IMG/VR virus record: IMGVR_UViG_3300042691_005581
Span: 13,360 to 77,359 of that record
Reading direction: 5' to 3' (one strand)
Length of the DNA stretch: 64,000 nucleotides
Source: a virus
Shown: positions 46,101 to 56,788 of the stretch, piece after piece
Layout of the letters: the number at the start of each line of letters is the position of its first letter
Position numbering within the stretch: the first letter of the stretch is position 1
Program-made: the position numbers and the translations under genes
Notes under the pieces: generated by a model
What the model was told of the DNA's origin: nothing
Database searches by the model: none
What the model saw: only the letters and a program-made list of their open reading frames with translations

Positions 46101-46628
46101 TTATTCTTCCCCTTTGAGAAACTCTCGTATATCTAAATTGTATTTTAGACTGTTTATTTTGTGTATACCAATGAGATACAGCGCATAGCTGGCTACAGAA
46201 CTTCCTCGTCCTACACCCCAAACTATTTTGTTTGCTCTCATTGTGTCTACTAAGTATTTAAGATAAAACAATACATCAAACGCTCCATGCTGGATAAAAA
46301 GCGTTAGTTCTTGATCTATTCTATTCTTTTCCTCTATAGTGTTACATTGGTCATACAACCAATCAACTATGGGAAATTCTTGATATTCTTTGGGCATAAA
46401 CCAACTGCATCGATTGGCTTCGTCAAATAAATCTAAATCTTCGTCATTTACATATTCGGGCAACAATGCCATGTTATCAGCATTTGATTTTACTGACATA
46501 TTGAACTGATCTACCTCTTGAGTATTTTCTAAAAATACACAAGATAGATCTTTGATTTTACCAGAATACAATGCAGCAACTGCATCATCTTCGGAAACAA
46601 TCACTCTACCAAAATTATCAATTTTCAT
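46101..46628 (-). CDS. Truncated DNA polymerase III alpha (DnaE)-like protein
   Basis: RI..EL, VWGVGRGSSVAS..LY.IG...I...KY.L...FL; ends before the PDxD catalytic motif. Confidence 0.7.
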   Translation of the reverse strand: MKIDNFGRVIVSEDDAVAALYSGKIKDLSCVFLENTQEVDQFNMSVKSNADNMALLPEYVNDEDLDLFDEANRCSWFMPKEYQEFPIVDWLYDQCNTIEEKNRIDQELTLFIQHGAFDVLFYLKYLVDTMRANKIVWGVGRGSSVASYALYLIGIHKINSLKYNLDIREFLKGEE

Positions 46629-46659
46629 TAAGTAATTTTAATATCAGCAGATTGTAAAG

Positions 46660-46902
46660 TCAACTCACTTTGATTAGATCATCTAAATTTTTATCTTGAC
46701 TGCTTTGAGTCTTTTTCAACATTTCTCTGCCTCTTCGAAGTTGTTCGTCCTTCAAAGATTCTAGTATGGTAACAATTTGACTGCATACTGCTCCTTGACC
46801 CATTCTTGCAGCAATGTGATATTTTTTAGTTAAATCTAAAATTTTATTTTCTAAATCTGCATCTTTTAGACTTAGAGGATTTTCTAATAACGGGTTGTAC
46901 AT
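46660..46902 (-). CDS. Hypothetical protein
   Basis: Coupled to tail gene. Confidence 0.55.
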   Translation of the reverse strand: MYNPLLENPLSLKDADLENKILDLTKKYHIAARMGQGAVCSQIVTILESLKDEQLRRGREMLKKTQSSQDKNLDDLIKVS

Positions 46903-48245
46903 TATAATCCTAAATGTGCCTTAATAATAGATATTTCTTGTCTTAACTTGTCGTTTTCATCAGCAAGCTCGTGTATACTCTTAATTAACGGACTTATAAA
47001 TTCTGTATAAATTAAGTGCAATTTTCCGTCATCGGCGACTACTAATCCTCCAAATGCAGCATTAAATTCATTTAACACAGACTGTACTTGTTGAGAAATT
47101 AATCCCCAATGATTTCTGGACCCAGATTTTAAATCATAAGATACTGGTTCTAATTTTCTAACAAAATCTAGACCTAACGCTAATGGTTTAATGTTTTCTT
47201 TTAATGTAATATCAGAAGTTTGAATAGTACCGCTGTTTGCAAATACTGCCGACCACGGATGACCAGAACCCCCTAACGCTAAAACACCACTAGCACCACC
47301 TGGTCTAAGTGCTGTTGCAGTTGCTACAACTACGTCACCAGTCAAATAGGATCCGATTATTACCTGCTCAGTTGCAACAAAAGCTGCTACAGGATTTTCG
47401 GCCAAAACTCCATAATAAGTTCCTGGGCTTGTTCCTCCAAGAGTAATTTGTCCAACTCCTAATTTAATATTGGCTGTATCAAATTCGGTTTGATCAATTG
47501 CACCGATCCATACCGTTGAATCAGCGAATCTAATATTTTTTCCCGTACCAAGTATAATATTATCATTAAATGTCGATGTTCCTGCATGGTGTATCGAATT
47601 GTTGTAGTATTTTACAGTTCCGACATTGGTAACTGAACCGCCAGTTCCAATTTCGTATTGAATAAAACTATAATTTTCACCGGCAGCATTACCGCCATGC
47701 GAATTTCTCAATTTAATAGCAGTTGTTTGTGATAACGATCCTACAAAATGTCCAGCAGTTTGATTAGTTGCTGTGGTTGTTACATATAGGTGAGTGCTGG
47801 TAGATCCCGATGCCTGTGCGATAGAAATTTTTCCAGTAAACAAATGATCGTTTGCAATAGTAGGAGCTATGGTATATATAGGAGCACCAAATGTGCCGGT
47901 AACAATTACTTCAGTATTAGTTGAATTAACAACAGTTGAAGTAGTAATGCCACTACTTCCTCCTACATTTAATTGACCACCGACAAACAAGTCTTTTCCT
48001 ATACCGACCCCACCGGCTACTACTATTGCACCTGTTTGGGTGGTAGTTGCTGGAGTAGAATTGCTAAAAAAGTTTTGTGTTATGAGATCGGCTTTTTGAG
48101 CCTGTAACAAACTGATTTCCCCGGCGGCAGTTTCGAGACCAGTTTTAATGGCTCCAAAATTTGTACGGAATGCCTGGCTGTCGTTGTCACGGCCCGGAAT
48201 TGGAAAAGCAGCATTGATATTGGTGGTCGAAATAGCACTAGTCAT
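46902..48245 (-). CDS. Tail fibre protein with C-terminal intramolecular chaperone (peptidase S74)
   Basis: FPIPGRDNDSQAFR.NF N-terminus, GAIVVAGGVGIGKDL repeat, SD..LKENI..GL.SQ.V..Y.EFI.PLIK + coiled coil. Confidence 0.85.
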   Translation of the reverse strand: MTSAISTTNINAAFPIPGRDNDSQAFRTNFGAIKTGLETAAGEISLLQAQKADLITQNFFSNSTPATTTQTGAIVVAGGVGIGKDLFVGGQLNVGGSSGITTSTVVNSTNTEVIVTGTFGAPIYTIAPTIANDHLFTGKISIAQASGSTSTHLYVTTTATNQTAGHFVGSLSQTTAIKLRNSHGGNAAGENYSFIQYEIGTGGSVTNVGTVKYYNNSIHHAGTSTFNDNIILGTGKNIRFADSTVWIGAIDQTEFDTANIKLGVGQITLGGTSPGTYYGVLAENPVAAFVATEQVIIGSYLTGDVVVATATALRPGGASGVLALGGSGHPWSAVFANSGTIQTSDITLKENIKPLALGLDFVRKLEPVSYDLKSGSRNHWGLISQQVQSVLNEFNAAFGGLVVADDGKLHLIYTEFISPLIKSIHELADENDKLRQEISIIKAHLGL

Positions 48246-48250
48246 TTAGG

Positions 48251-51200
48251 TTAAACCTCTCGTTTGGGGAACAGTAAATATTTAGCAGTGCTGTCATCCA
48301 GAGTACTTTGAACAATCAGTCTGTCTATATCAAAATGTATTTTCTTAAAATCAAACTCTGACGAATTTATCTTGTTAATAACTGATTTACTCATTCCTGG
48401 TAAACAGTAGCACAGTGGCATGCATAAAATTCTACCTAATGTAATACCTGACGAATCTTGTACAGTTTTCATAAATTTAGGTTGTAAATAATTATTTGTT
48501 TTAAATTTAGATGCAAGTACAGCTCGCATGTTGTCTATACTGTTGGGATACATTGTTCCTTCAGGAGTATCTATAGTAAAACTGACAGATTTTCCTGTTT
48601 CTAAATTAACAAGATTGTCTATTAATTCCACATAGATTACTTCGTATAATTTGTTATGATTTTCGTCTAGTGCAAACGCAGATTTTACATCACCAAATTG
48701 TAGTTTTTTTCTGTAAAAATAATTTTGCATTTCGTTGACATATTCCGCAACAAACTTTTCTTCAATTGCATGTTCCAACACAAATTCAACATTTTTTCTA
48801 ATATTAAATTCGGGGTCCAAAGATCTATACATTATTGTAGAATCGAATATATTTTGATTGCTAATAAAATTATCAAATAACTGTCTTGTTTCTAATGACA
48901 ACAATGGTTTCATTAATATCTTTGTAAACTGTTTGCCTTCGTATGGATTAATTGCAATTTGAAAATTTCCTAGTACACTAGTTAGTGCTGAATCGGTTGC
49001 TCTAATTACACAGTTATAATTTACAATACTAGTTTGTATAGAATTGTAATCGACTTGACCTTGTATTGCGCCGTCGGATGCTAACGATAATCCTGGAGGT
49101 AAATTGCCAGATTGTAGTGAATACACAATATTTGAAGTACTGTCCTTTTGTACAGCAAGAACTTGTAATTCACTTTGTTCTCCTTGATACAACGTTCCTA
49201 ATAGATAATTTGATTCAAATGTAATACCGCTACGTACTGTGCCTAACACTGTTAAATTGAATGTTCTTTCTCTAAATTTTAATGTATCTGTTATAATGTT
49301 ATTTTTATAAACACGAATTTTAAAAGAATATGTTGTAGTGTGTACAGGTGTATACCCTATATTACCGTGTATTATACCAGTAGTTAAATCTAGTGTCAAG
49401 CCTGGTGGCAACACTCTAGTGTCTCCACCGTTAGCATCAGACCAGTCATATGTAACATCACCTCCGCCCTGATCACAATCGTATGTTTCTAAATTATAGA
49501 TAAAAGATGAATTTGAAATTACAGTTCCTAAATTACCAGAACTGATCCATTGCGGAGGAACAGGATATTGATCGGTATCAACTAAAGATGCAGGATCTCT
49601 AACATCTATAACATATTCAACTTTTCTTGAAGCTGGGCCATTAGATGCACTTAAGAAAAATCTATAAGTTTTATTAATGTATCTTCCTCTGATGCCAAAT
49701 TCTTGTTGACTGTCATGTTCGTATGGTGCAGTATTATAATTTTCAGAATCATATCTTCCGTCACTTCCAGCTTGGTAGGGCAATGCTAAGTCGTCTAACA
49801 CTTGACCATATAATCTTCCATTGGCCGTTAATGTAAGTCCTGGAGGTAAAATTCCATCATTGTCTTCTATATAAAAGAAAACACTTCGGCCTTCTGGAAC
49901 TATGTCTGCAAATGCAGTAAATTGAAAATCTACATATTGACCATTTACAATATAATTTTCTCCACTTGGACCTATAGTAAATCGTGGACCAGGCGTAACA
50001 ATGACAGGTGGTGTTGCACCTCTTACATCAATTCTAAAAGTTCTATCAGTAACGCCATATTGATTCTGTGCTCTTACTACAAATTCAGATTCTGTAGTTT
50101 GCCAAACTAAACTAGGAGTACCTGACACGATACCAGTGCTGGTATTCAATCGCAAACCTTCTGGCAAATCACCACTGATTAATTTATAAGACACTGATGG
50201 ACCAATTGCCAACAGACTTCTCGAAAATGCTATGTTTTCTGTAGCAGTAGTTATAAATCCTGCATTAGTAGTCCATCTTGGTATAGCCTTGACACCAGGC
50301 AATTCATTTGACAGTGCTCCATAGAACGAATTGCCTATAATATAGGGATATGTCTCAGTGGCAATTCCTGTTGCAAAATATGCATAAGTGCCAAACGGAT
50401 ATTCAGGAGTAACGCAATATCTTCCGTTGTGTCGATCTAATGTTGCTGTTTTTGACACATCATAAAAGTTGTCTTCAATAAATGCACCTGGAGGATATAC
50501 TGCAACTAGATTGTATGCAAACGGACCTAAAGATACTGGTTGATTTAATGTTATATAAAAATCAGTAGTGCTGACAGATTTTACAATATAGTTAGTTAAC
50601 GTGCTAAGAGCCTCGCCTCTAATATGCATTCCTACTTTGACATTTGCATGTGTGCTAGATGTTATTTCTATAGAATTTCCAAGTGCGTTACCAGTATATG
50701 TTATTGCAGTATCGGCAGGTCGGTTGGCAATATTATTCCTAATAGAATATCCTGACGTCATTTCTATTACAGAACTAAACGAATTTACCGGATTACTGTA
50801 ACCGTATGGTCCGTAGATGGGATAACCGTCTGCAGAAAAACCTACAATTCTACTATGTCCGTCTGCATGTACCATATCTCCAAACCATGATTCTTTATTT
50901 TTCCAAGAATTAGTTTTGGTGAATAGATTGCTCTTATAATTGTATAATCCAGTTTCAGTTACGTATCCGCCATATTGATCAGATTCAGGAACTGTTGTAC
51001 GAACAGCATCGATAGTCCATGTGCTACTGTTTGCGCCAATGACTGTAATTCCAGCACTAGGGTCATATAATGGAATTCCTGCAAACGTTATTCCCACCAT
51101 ACTGTTGTTGACTCGTAACGGTTTAACAAATGCAGATTCGTTTTTTCCACCACGATATGGATATATCATTTCTAAATTTTGCAAACTAGGTACATTGTTA

Positions 51201-54200
51201 AACGTTTGAAAATTTACATATACAGTATTAACTTTAGTGAATATTCTTAACAAACTGTTATCAACATATGATGCACTGATGTTTCCAGTACTGTCTATTA
51301 AAAATAATTCTGCAGGATCTACTACTCCGTATAGTTCTCTAATAAATTTAACTTGATACACAGTTCTATTAAATCTATCACCTGCATTGATGATTACATT
51401 AATAATGTTTTCGCCAACATTAATGGCTATAGGCTGTGACCATGCTCCTACCGGAACAAATAAATTATTCACATAAATTTCAGATTGTGAATTGTTAACA
51501 ATAGGTCTTAATGAAACACTTGAAATAGCATTTTTAACTGTTACAGAGTACTGAGTTGTATCTTTATTAAAATTTTTATCTAACTGTCCTGAACTAACAT
51601 ATAAATCTTTTAATTTACTATCAGTGCTTCCTATTTTATTAACGGTTATACGGTAATCAGAAAAAGTTGCTCTGTCTTCTGCAGTCACTCGAACAGTAAT
51701 TAAACTGTTTCCTGGAGGCACTTCAATATTGCTTGAAAAATTACCCGAAATTAATACTCCTTCGTTTACAACTTCACCGTTCTTTACAACTGTGAAGGTT
51801 ATAACTGCGTTTGAATCAGCTTTTATTGCTTTTACTCTAATAGTCTGTACTTCGTAGGCTACATCGATATTATAAAATGGAATTACAGGAACCAATGGAT
51901 TAGCGTTAGGGATCAAAGTCTTTGTAATATTACCATAATTTACTTCTAATAAAGTTAATTCAGTATTTCTACTTAATCCCGATGATGCTCTTTGCACGTT
52001 TAAAACATATCTACTGCTGGTCACACCATCGGCAGCAACGCATAAAATTGGTATAGGATTTATACCGACATATAATGTATACGTTGTTGAAGATGTGAAA
52101 GCATTTGGAGGTCTTTCATACACTACATTTGCCAATGGATATCTTGGTGCCGTTGCCAGAACTATAAATCCTGTATCAAATGTAACTGGAAGATAATAAT
52201 TGAATATCTGAGGATCAAAACTAGGAATTAATGTAAGTGGAGGTGGTGGTGGAGGTGGTGGCGGAGCTGGTGGAGGTGGTGCGATGGTTGATATTGTAGC
52301 TGTGGTTACTGTCAAGAATGATAATAGAGAATCAGTACTAGGTCTTCTTGTGATAGATAGATTGTATGTTGATGTATTTTCTTCATCTTCTGCAACTACT
52401 ACAATTGCAAAAGTCGTAGTTCCTAACCAAGTACTACTCGAAATAGATCCGCCTAAATTAACAGTGGTAGTTACGCCACTAGCTGCGATCAATTGATCAT
52501 TAATGTAAATTGCAGAAGCATTTATATCGCTAGTATATGGTGTAATCTCTGCGGTCAATATAGAGAATGCTACTTCGGTTGAATAGTCAAATACATTTTT
52601 ATTAAATTCAGGACTTAGTATTCCCACATTTACATCTAATGCAATAAGTTGAGAATCGTAATTTCCTCTTCTTGTTAAATTTAATTGATATGTTGATTGT
52701 GATACATTGTCTTCGGCAGTGACTACAATTACAATAGAATTTAATCCCACAGTTAATGGAACAGTTTGAGATTCTGTACCTGATATAACAGATACTCCAT
52801 TAACAGTTATTGTTGCAGCAGAACTTGCCGCAATTGGTACTATAGTTGTTGTCTCAGTGTCATAACCAACTGTCTCGTTATATAAAAATACATTTGATTG
52901 AAATATTGGATCTATAACTGCATTGTATGCAAATAACTCAGATAAGATTGAAACAGTACTAGGGGCTCTTGTTACATTTACTGAATATAATTTTGTTGTT
53001 GTTTGATCAGGAGCAGTAACATTGACATTGACAAAATTACTTCCTACTAATAAGTTTGATACCTGCGTAGAAGTTCCACTGTTCACTGGGAGATTATTAA
53101 TGGTCAATCTTCCAGTAGATTCTGCTAAAATTCCTATTACAGAAATTGAAGTAACTGTGTTGGCAACATTGGCAGAATAAGAAACAACATTCTGATTAAA
53201 AGTAGGTGTTAATAGTAGTGACTGATTGTTCGAACTTAAATTCAACGATGTTAAATTTGCTACTGAGCTAAACTGTCTACCTACGATAATTCTATAAAAC
53301 TGAGTATTAGTTAGATCAGACGAAACAACTCTTATAGATATAGGGTTAGATCCAGGATTCAAATTGATCGAATTTGATGGCTGACCGGAATTAAATTGTT
53401 GACCATTTACATAAATCTCAGCTAACGAGTCAATGGCTGTTGCAGTAATCGTTATAGAATTTTGAGAGTTTGGAAAATTTGCGGAATATAAGTATTGTGT
53501 TCCAGAAAATCCAGATAAGGTAACTCCGTTTATTTTTAGATCTGACAGTAGTGTAATATTACTTAATCGAGTGGCATTTATAGTATAGACTCTAACAGAG
53601 CCATTTTCGGCTGTTACAGTCACTGTTATAACGTTTATACCAAATGATAAATTAGTGTTGCTTACTACCACTGTTGAATCTGCATCAGTTCGAACATACA
53701 CAACATTTAATGAGCTAACTGAAGTGTCTACAGTAATAGAATAGGTATTGACAGCAGAATCAAACTCCGGAGTTAAGGTACCTTCTAATACTGTTAACGA
53801 ATCTAATGTATTGATAGATTTTCTAAGTCTATTGACTATTACAGTATATGTGCTGGTTGTAAAATATTCAGATGTAACCTTAATTGTGGAAACGTTTAAT
53901 CCCACAGCCAATGTTACAGGGGAAGAAATTATTCCCGAAGATATTGTAGTAGAGTTTAATACTGCAACACTGTTGACATTGCCTTTAATTACAGTGTATC
54001 TAATGTTGGTAACAGTATTTGCAACATCAATACTATAATTTGTTACAGTTGATGTAAAATTGGGTACAACATTTCCTCGGTTTGTTATTAAGCTAACCAA
54101 AGTAGAATCTGTGCTGTCTATAGCAGTTGAACCGTAGAATGTATTTCCTATGATATAAGGATATACAGAATTTCCTTGAAGATCTTCTGTTAAAAAATAT

Positions 54201-55153
54201 GCGTAAGTACCGTCTGGAAAATCAGGAGTTACGCAGTATCGTCCATTATGCAAATCTAAAGAATTTGCCGAAGGAGGCAAATATGTAAAATCTTCTACAA
54301 AAATTCCAGGTGGATAAGAAGTTGTTAAAATTGCTCCGCTACCAATAGTTATAGGAACATTGATTCGTATAGACAAACCTGTAATCGAAATAACTTTTGT
54401 ATTATTGGGTACGCCGGTGCCTGTTACAGTCATTCCAGGTACGACTCCTGAAGCACTATAGACAATAAAATTGGTTGCAGATACTACACTGCCGTTTAAA
54501 ACTATTGCACGACCTATAGGACGATCGCCTCTTAAACTGATCTGATATCCAGATTCTAATCTAGCAACACTGCTAGCATCATCTAAGGGATCAGTGTATC
54601 CATACGGGCCGTATATAGGATAACCGTCTCTAGACCATCCTATAATTTTACTATGACCGTCTATATGAGTAAAACCGCTAGTCCATGTAGAACTAGAAAC
54701 TGAACCCCACGCATTGTTTTTTATAAAACCGTTATCTTGATAATGGTAAGATCCGCCTGATGTTGGTTTGCCACCGTAGATATCTTCCCCTCTAATACTT
54801 GCGGATATAGAATTTATGTTAAAAACAGATCCAGAAGTGCCTAGCACTGTAATTCCAGACTTAGGACCTTGCAATACGATACCCACTGATGACATACCTA
54901 CTATACCAGCTGGTATAGCGGTTCTTGGCAATTTATTAGGATAATTTCTACCGCCCCTAAACGGCCAGGCAAAATTATAATTTTGATTGGTTATGCTAGC
55001 GGTATTAAATGGGTTAGGAAAAGTTCCAGTTAATACTTGTCCTGGTAAATTTTGAGATATAATATTCCAGGAGGCTGATCCTGTAGAATAGCTGGCTGTT
55101 ACTTGCCCGGGAACGCCGTTACCTGAAATTGTGCTAGTCGGGTTTAACGGCAT
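48251..55153 (-). CDS. Giant virion protein: two YHYH-like domains, cadherin-like beta-sandwich repeats, Ig-like (LPPGL) repeats
   Basis: Duplicated HS.I.G...DGYPIYGPYG...LD.HNGRYCVTP.....Y.YF; repeated L.P.F......Y...V..VTAED...Y; LPxGL.L...G.I.G. Confidence 0.8.
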   Translation of the reverse strand: MPLNPTSTISGNGVPGQVTASYSTGSASWNIISQNLPGQVLTGTFPNPFNTASITNQNYNFAWPFRGGRNYPNKLPRTAIPAGIVGMSSVGIVLQGPKSGITVLGTSGSVFNINSISASIRGEDIYGGKPTSGGSYHYQDNGFIKNNAWGSVSSSTWTSGFTHIDGHSKIIGWSRDGYPIYGPYGYTDPLDDASSVARLESGYQISLRGDRPIGRAIVLNGSVVSATNFIVYSASGVVPGMTVTGTGVPNNTKVISITGLSIRINVPITIGSGAILTTSYPPGIFVEDFTYLPPSANSLDLHNGRYCVTPDFPDGTYAYFLTEDLQGNSVYPYIIGNTFYGSTAIDSTDSTLVSLITNRGNVVPNFTSTVTNYSIDVANTVTNIRYTVIKGNVNSVAVLNSTTISSGIISSPVTLAVGLNVSTIKVTSEYFTTSTYTVIVNRLRKSINTLDSLTVLEGTLTPEFDSAVNTYSITVDTSVSSLNVVYVRTDADSTVVVSNTNLSFGINVITVTVTAENGSVRVYTINATRLSNITLLSDLKINGVTLSGFSGTQYLYSANFPNSQNSITITATAIDSLAEIYVNGQQFNSGQPSNSINLNPGSNPISIRVVSSDLTNTQFYRIIVGRQFSSVANLTSLNLSSNNQSLLLTPTFNQNVVSYSANVANTVTSISVIGILAESTGRLTINNLPVNSGTSTQVSNLLVGSNFVNVNVTAPDQTTTKLYSVNVTRAPSTVSILSELFAYNAVIDPIFQSNVFLYNETVGYDTETTTIVPIAASSAATITVNGVSVISGTESQTVPLTVGLNSIVIVVTAEDNVSQSTYQLNLTRRGNYDSQLIALDVNVGILSPEFNKNVFDYSTEVAFSILTAEITPYTSDINASAIYINDQLIAASGVTTTVNLGGSISSSTWLGTTTFAIVVVAEDEENTSTYNLSITRRPSTDSLLSFLTVTTATISTIAPPPPAPPPPPPPPPLTLIPSFDPQIFNYYLPVTFDTGFIVLATAPRYPLANVVYERPPNAFTSSTTYTLYVGINPIPILCVAADGVTSSRYVLNVQRASSGLSRNTELTLLEVNYGNITKTLIPNANPLVPVIPFYNIDVAYEVQTIRVKAIKADSNAVITFTVVKNGEVVNEGVLISGNFSSNIEVPPGNSLITVRVTAEDRATFSDYRITVNKIGSTDSKLKDLYVSSGQLDKNFNKDTTQYSVTVKNAISSVSLRPIVNNSQSEIYVNNLFVPVGAWSQPIAINVGENIINVIINAGDRFNRTVYQVKFIRELYGVVDPAELFLIDSTGNISASYVDNSLLRIFTKVNTVYVNFQTFNNVPSLQNLEMIYPYRGGKNESAFVKPLRVNNSMVGITFAGIPLYDPSAGITVIGANSSTWTIDAVRTTVPESDQYGGYVTETGLYNYKSNLFTKTNSWKNKESWFGDMVHADGHSRIVGFSADGYPIYGPYGYSNPVNSFSSVIEMTSGYSIRNNIANRPADTAITYTGNALGNSIEITSSTHANVKVGMHIRGEALSTLTNYIVKSVSTTDFYITLNQPVSLGPFAYNLVAVYPPGAFIEDNFYDVSKTATLDRHNGRYCVTPEYPFGTYAYFATGIATETYPYIIGNSFYGALSNELPGVKAIPRWTTNAGFITTATENIAFSRSLLAIGPSVSYKLISGDLPEGLRLNTSTGIVSGTPSLVWQTTESEFVVRAQNQYGVTDRTFRIDVRGATPPVIVTPGPRFTIGPSGENYIVNGQYVDFQFTAFADIVPEGRSVFFYIEDNDGILPPGLTLTANGRLYGQVLDDLALPYQAGSDGRYDSENYNTAPYEHDSQQEFGIRGRYINKTYRFFLSASNGPASRKVEYVIDVRDPASLVDTDQYPVPPQWISSGNLGTVISNSSFIYNLETYDCDQGGGDVTYDWSDANGGDTRVLPPGLTLDLTTGIIHGNIGYTPVHTTTYSFKIRVYKNNIITDTLKFRERTFNLTVLGTVRSGITFESNYLLGTLYQGEQSELQVLAVQKDSTSNIVYSLQSGNLPPGLSLASDGAIQGQVDYNSIQTSIVNYNCVIRATDSALTSVLGNFQIAINPYEGKQFTKILMKPLLSLETRQLFDNFISNQNIFDSTIMYRSLDPEFNIRKNVEFVLEHAIEEKFVAEYVNEMQNYFYRKKLQFGDVKSAFALDENHNKLYEVIYVELIDNLVNLETGKSVSFTIDTPEGTMYPNSIDNMRAVLASKFKTNNYLQPKFMKTVQDSSGITLGRILCMPLCYCLPGMSKSVINKINSSEFDFKKIHFDIDRLIVQSTLDDSTAKYLLFPKREV

Positions 55154-55260
55154 TTTATATTTCTCCGTTAGAATTTTTTTGCAGATTATCTGCTGATATA
55201 ATCCAAAGATTTGCTGTCATAAAGGTATTTACCTAAATTAGTAAACCTTTATGACTTGCA

Positions 55261-56085
55261 TTATTCAGAAAACAATTGTCTAGCTTCTTCTCTTACATCT
55301 TCAAACGGAATAATATCTAATACTCTGTCTCGAACGCTATTGATAATAGTGGTTCTTGCAGCATCATAGGACAATCCTTTGGTTTGCAAATAGTATATTT
55401 TATCTTCACTTATATATTCTGTTACACAACCGTGACTAGATCGTGTGTTGTTGCAGTCAGAATATATATCAGGTTTTGAATGGCAACGCCCATCTTCCCC
55501 AGTAATCAAGTTTATACATTCAATATTTGCTTCGCTACCTTTTGCGTCTACATCTAACACTGTCATTCCTTGAAACACTGTTTGACTGTTTTTATCCGCA
55601 ATTCCCACTATAAATTGATTGCTTGCGGAATTAGGGTGCTTGTGAATAACTTTTGTAATAATTTCGGTGTCGCCACCTACGCCATTGCTCATAAGACCGT
55701 AGGTATTAAACTCAGCACCTTCTTCTAAATAAACTTGAAAAATATGCTTATTAAATTTACCATTTTTAGAAAATATTCCTAAATTAATTCCAGCGCCCAC
55801 TTCTAAATGTATATCATATAGAAAAATTTGCTGTAATTTGCTGTCAGCTTCGTTGAGAATAACTAGATCTAATTTTGCATCTGCTTTGATGTCAATTTTT
55901 AAATGTTTAGCTAACAATTCCCGCTCTGTGGGATTTTGTCTCAACACCATCATATTTGTTTGTTTTTCGGCCAGCTCTACTGTGCTAGCATCGATTAACT
56001 TAAATTCTTTCCCAAAATATTGTTCTGGGGTAAATTGCCAATCTGGATCTCCCTTTTCGGCTTTAAGAAAACTGTGAATAGCCAT
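55261..56085 (-). CDS. SufB/SufD-like beta-helix protein
   Basis: EIITK..H, VFQG, HSKP, SSHG, YYLQTKGL....A; start reassigned to MAIHSF. Confidence 0.8.
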   Translation of the reverse strand: MAIHSFLKAEKGDPDWQFTPEQYFGKEFKLIDASTVELAEKQTNMMVLRQNPTERELLAKHLKIDIKADAKLDLVILNEADSKLQQIFLYDIHLEVGAGINLGIFSKNGKFNKHIFQVYLEEGAEFNTYGLMSNGVGGDTEIITKVIHKHPNSASNQFIVGIADKNSQTVFQGMTVLDVDAKGSEANIECINLITGEDGRCHSKPDIYSDCNNTRSSHGCVTEYISEDKIYYLQTKGLSYDAARTTIINSVRDRVLDIIPFEDVREEARQLFSE

Positions 56086-56788
56086 CTTCGATGATCCTTT
56101 TATAAAGTTCGGTGTTCCCTTGTTCTCTAATTTCACCATCTACAAGAATATGTACATGTGTAGGAACAACCATATCTAACAATTTTTGACTGTGTGTAAT
56201 TAGAATCATAGAATTTTTATTACTGGCATAACTGCTCAATACTGCTCCTATGACTGATAACTCTTCATCATCCATTCCTTGATCAATTTCATCTATAATG
56301 GCCAATGTGGGATTTAATAACAGCATCAACAGTAGTTCATTTTTTCTAAAGTCTAAATCAGACATATCGTCAAAACTCATTATAGCATTGCCGTGATCTT
56401 CTGCTAACTCTAGCATATCTACTAATACTTGATAATCCCTTTCTAAATCATGATTTGATCTAACATCATTGTGTGCTCGTAAGCAACTTTTTGCCAATTC
56501 TAAATTAGTCAATCCAACTAACTCAGGCGGTCCCTGAAAAGACACGTACATGCCCAATTTAGATCTGTCTTCGGCATCGAGATTTTTTAAATTTTTTCCT
56601 TTGTAATGTATAGAACCTTCTGTTTGTATTATCGAAGGATGTCCTGCTATAGCGTGTGCAAGACTGCTTTTACCTGATCTCCTTGGTCCTAAAATTGCAT
56701 GAATTTCGCCAGGATTTACTTCTAGTGAGATATTGCTTAATAGATCTTTAGCATCTATTACTGCGGATAAGTTTTTTATTGTTAGCAT
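56063..56788 (-). CDS. SufC-like ABC ATPase (divergent)
   Basis: GEIHAILGP..SGKS, FQ.P, IIDEIDQGMD, ITH, P..VHIL.DG. Confidence 0.85.
   Translation of the reverse strand: MLTIKNLSAVIDAKDLLSNISLEVNPGEIHAILGPRRSGKSSLAHAIAGHPSIIQTEGSIHYKGKNLKNLDAEDRSKLGMYVSFQGPPELVGLTNLELAKSCLRAHNDVRSNHDLERDYQVLVDMLELAEDHGNAIMSFDDMSDLDFRKNELLLMLLLNPTLAIIDEIDQGMDDEELSVIGAVLSSYASNKNSMILITHSQKLLDMVVPTHVHILVDGEIREQGNTELYKRIIEDGYSQFS

Noticed and set aside
52238-52280. Phase-variable simple sequence repeat
   Set aside because: The triplet repeat uses mixed Pro codons and cannot shift the frame.
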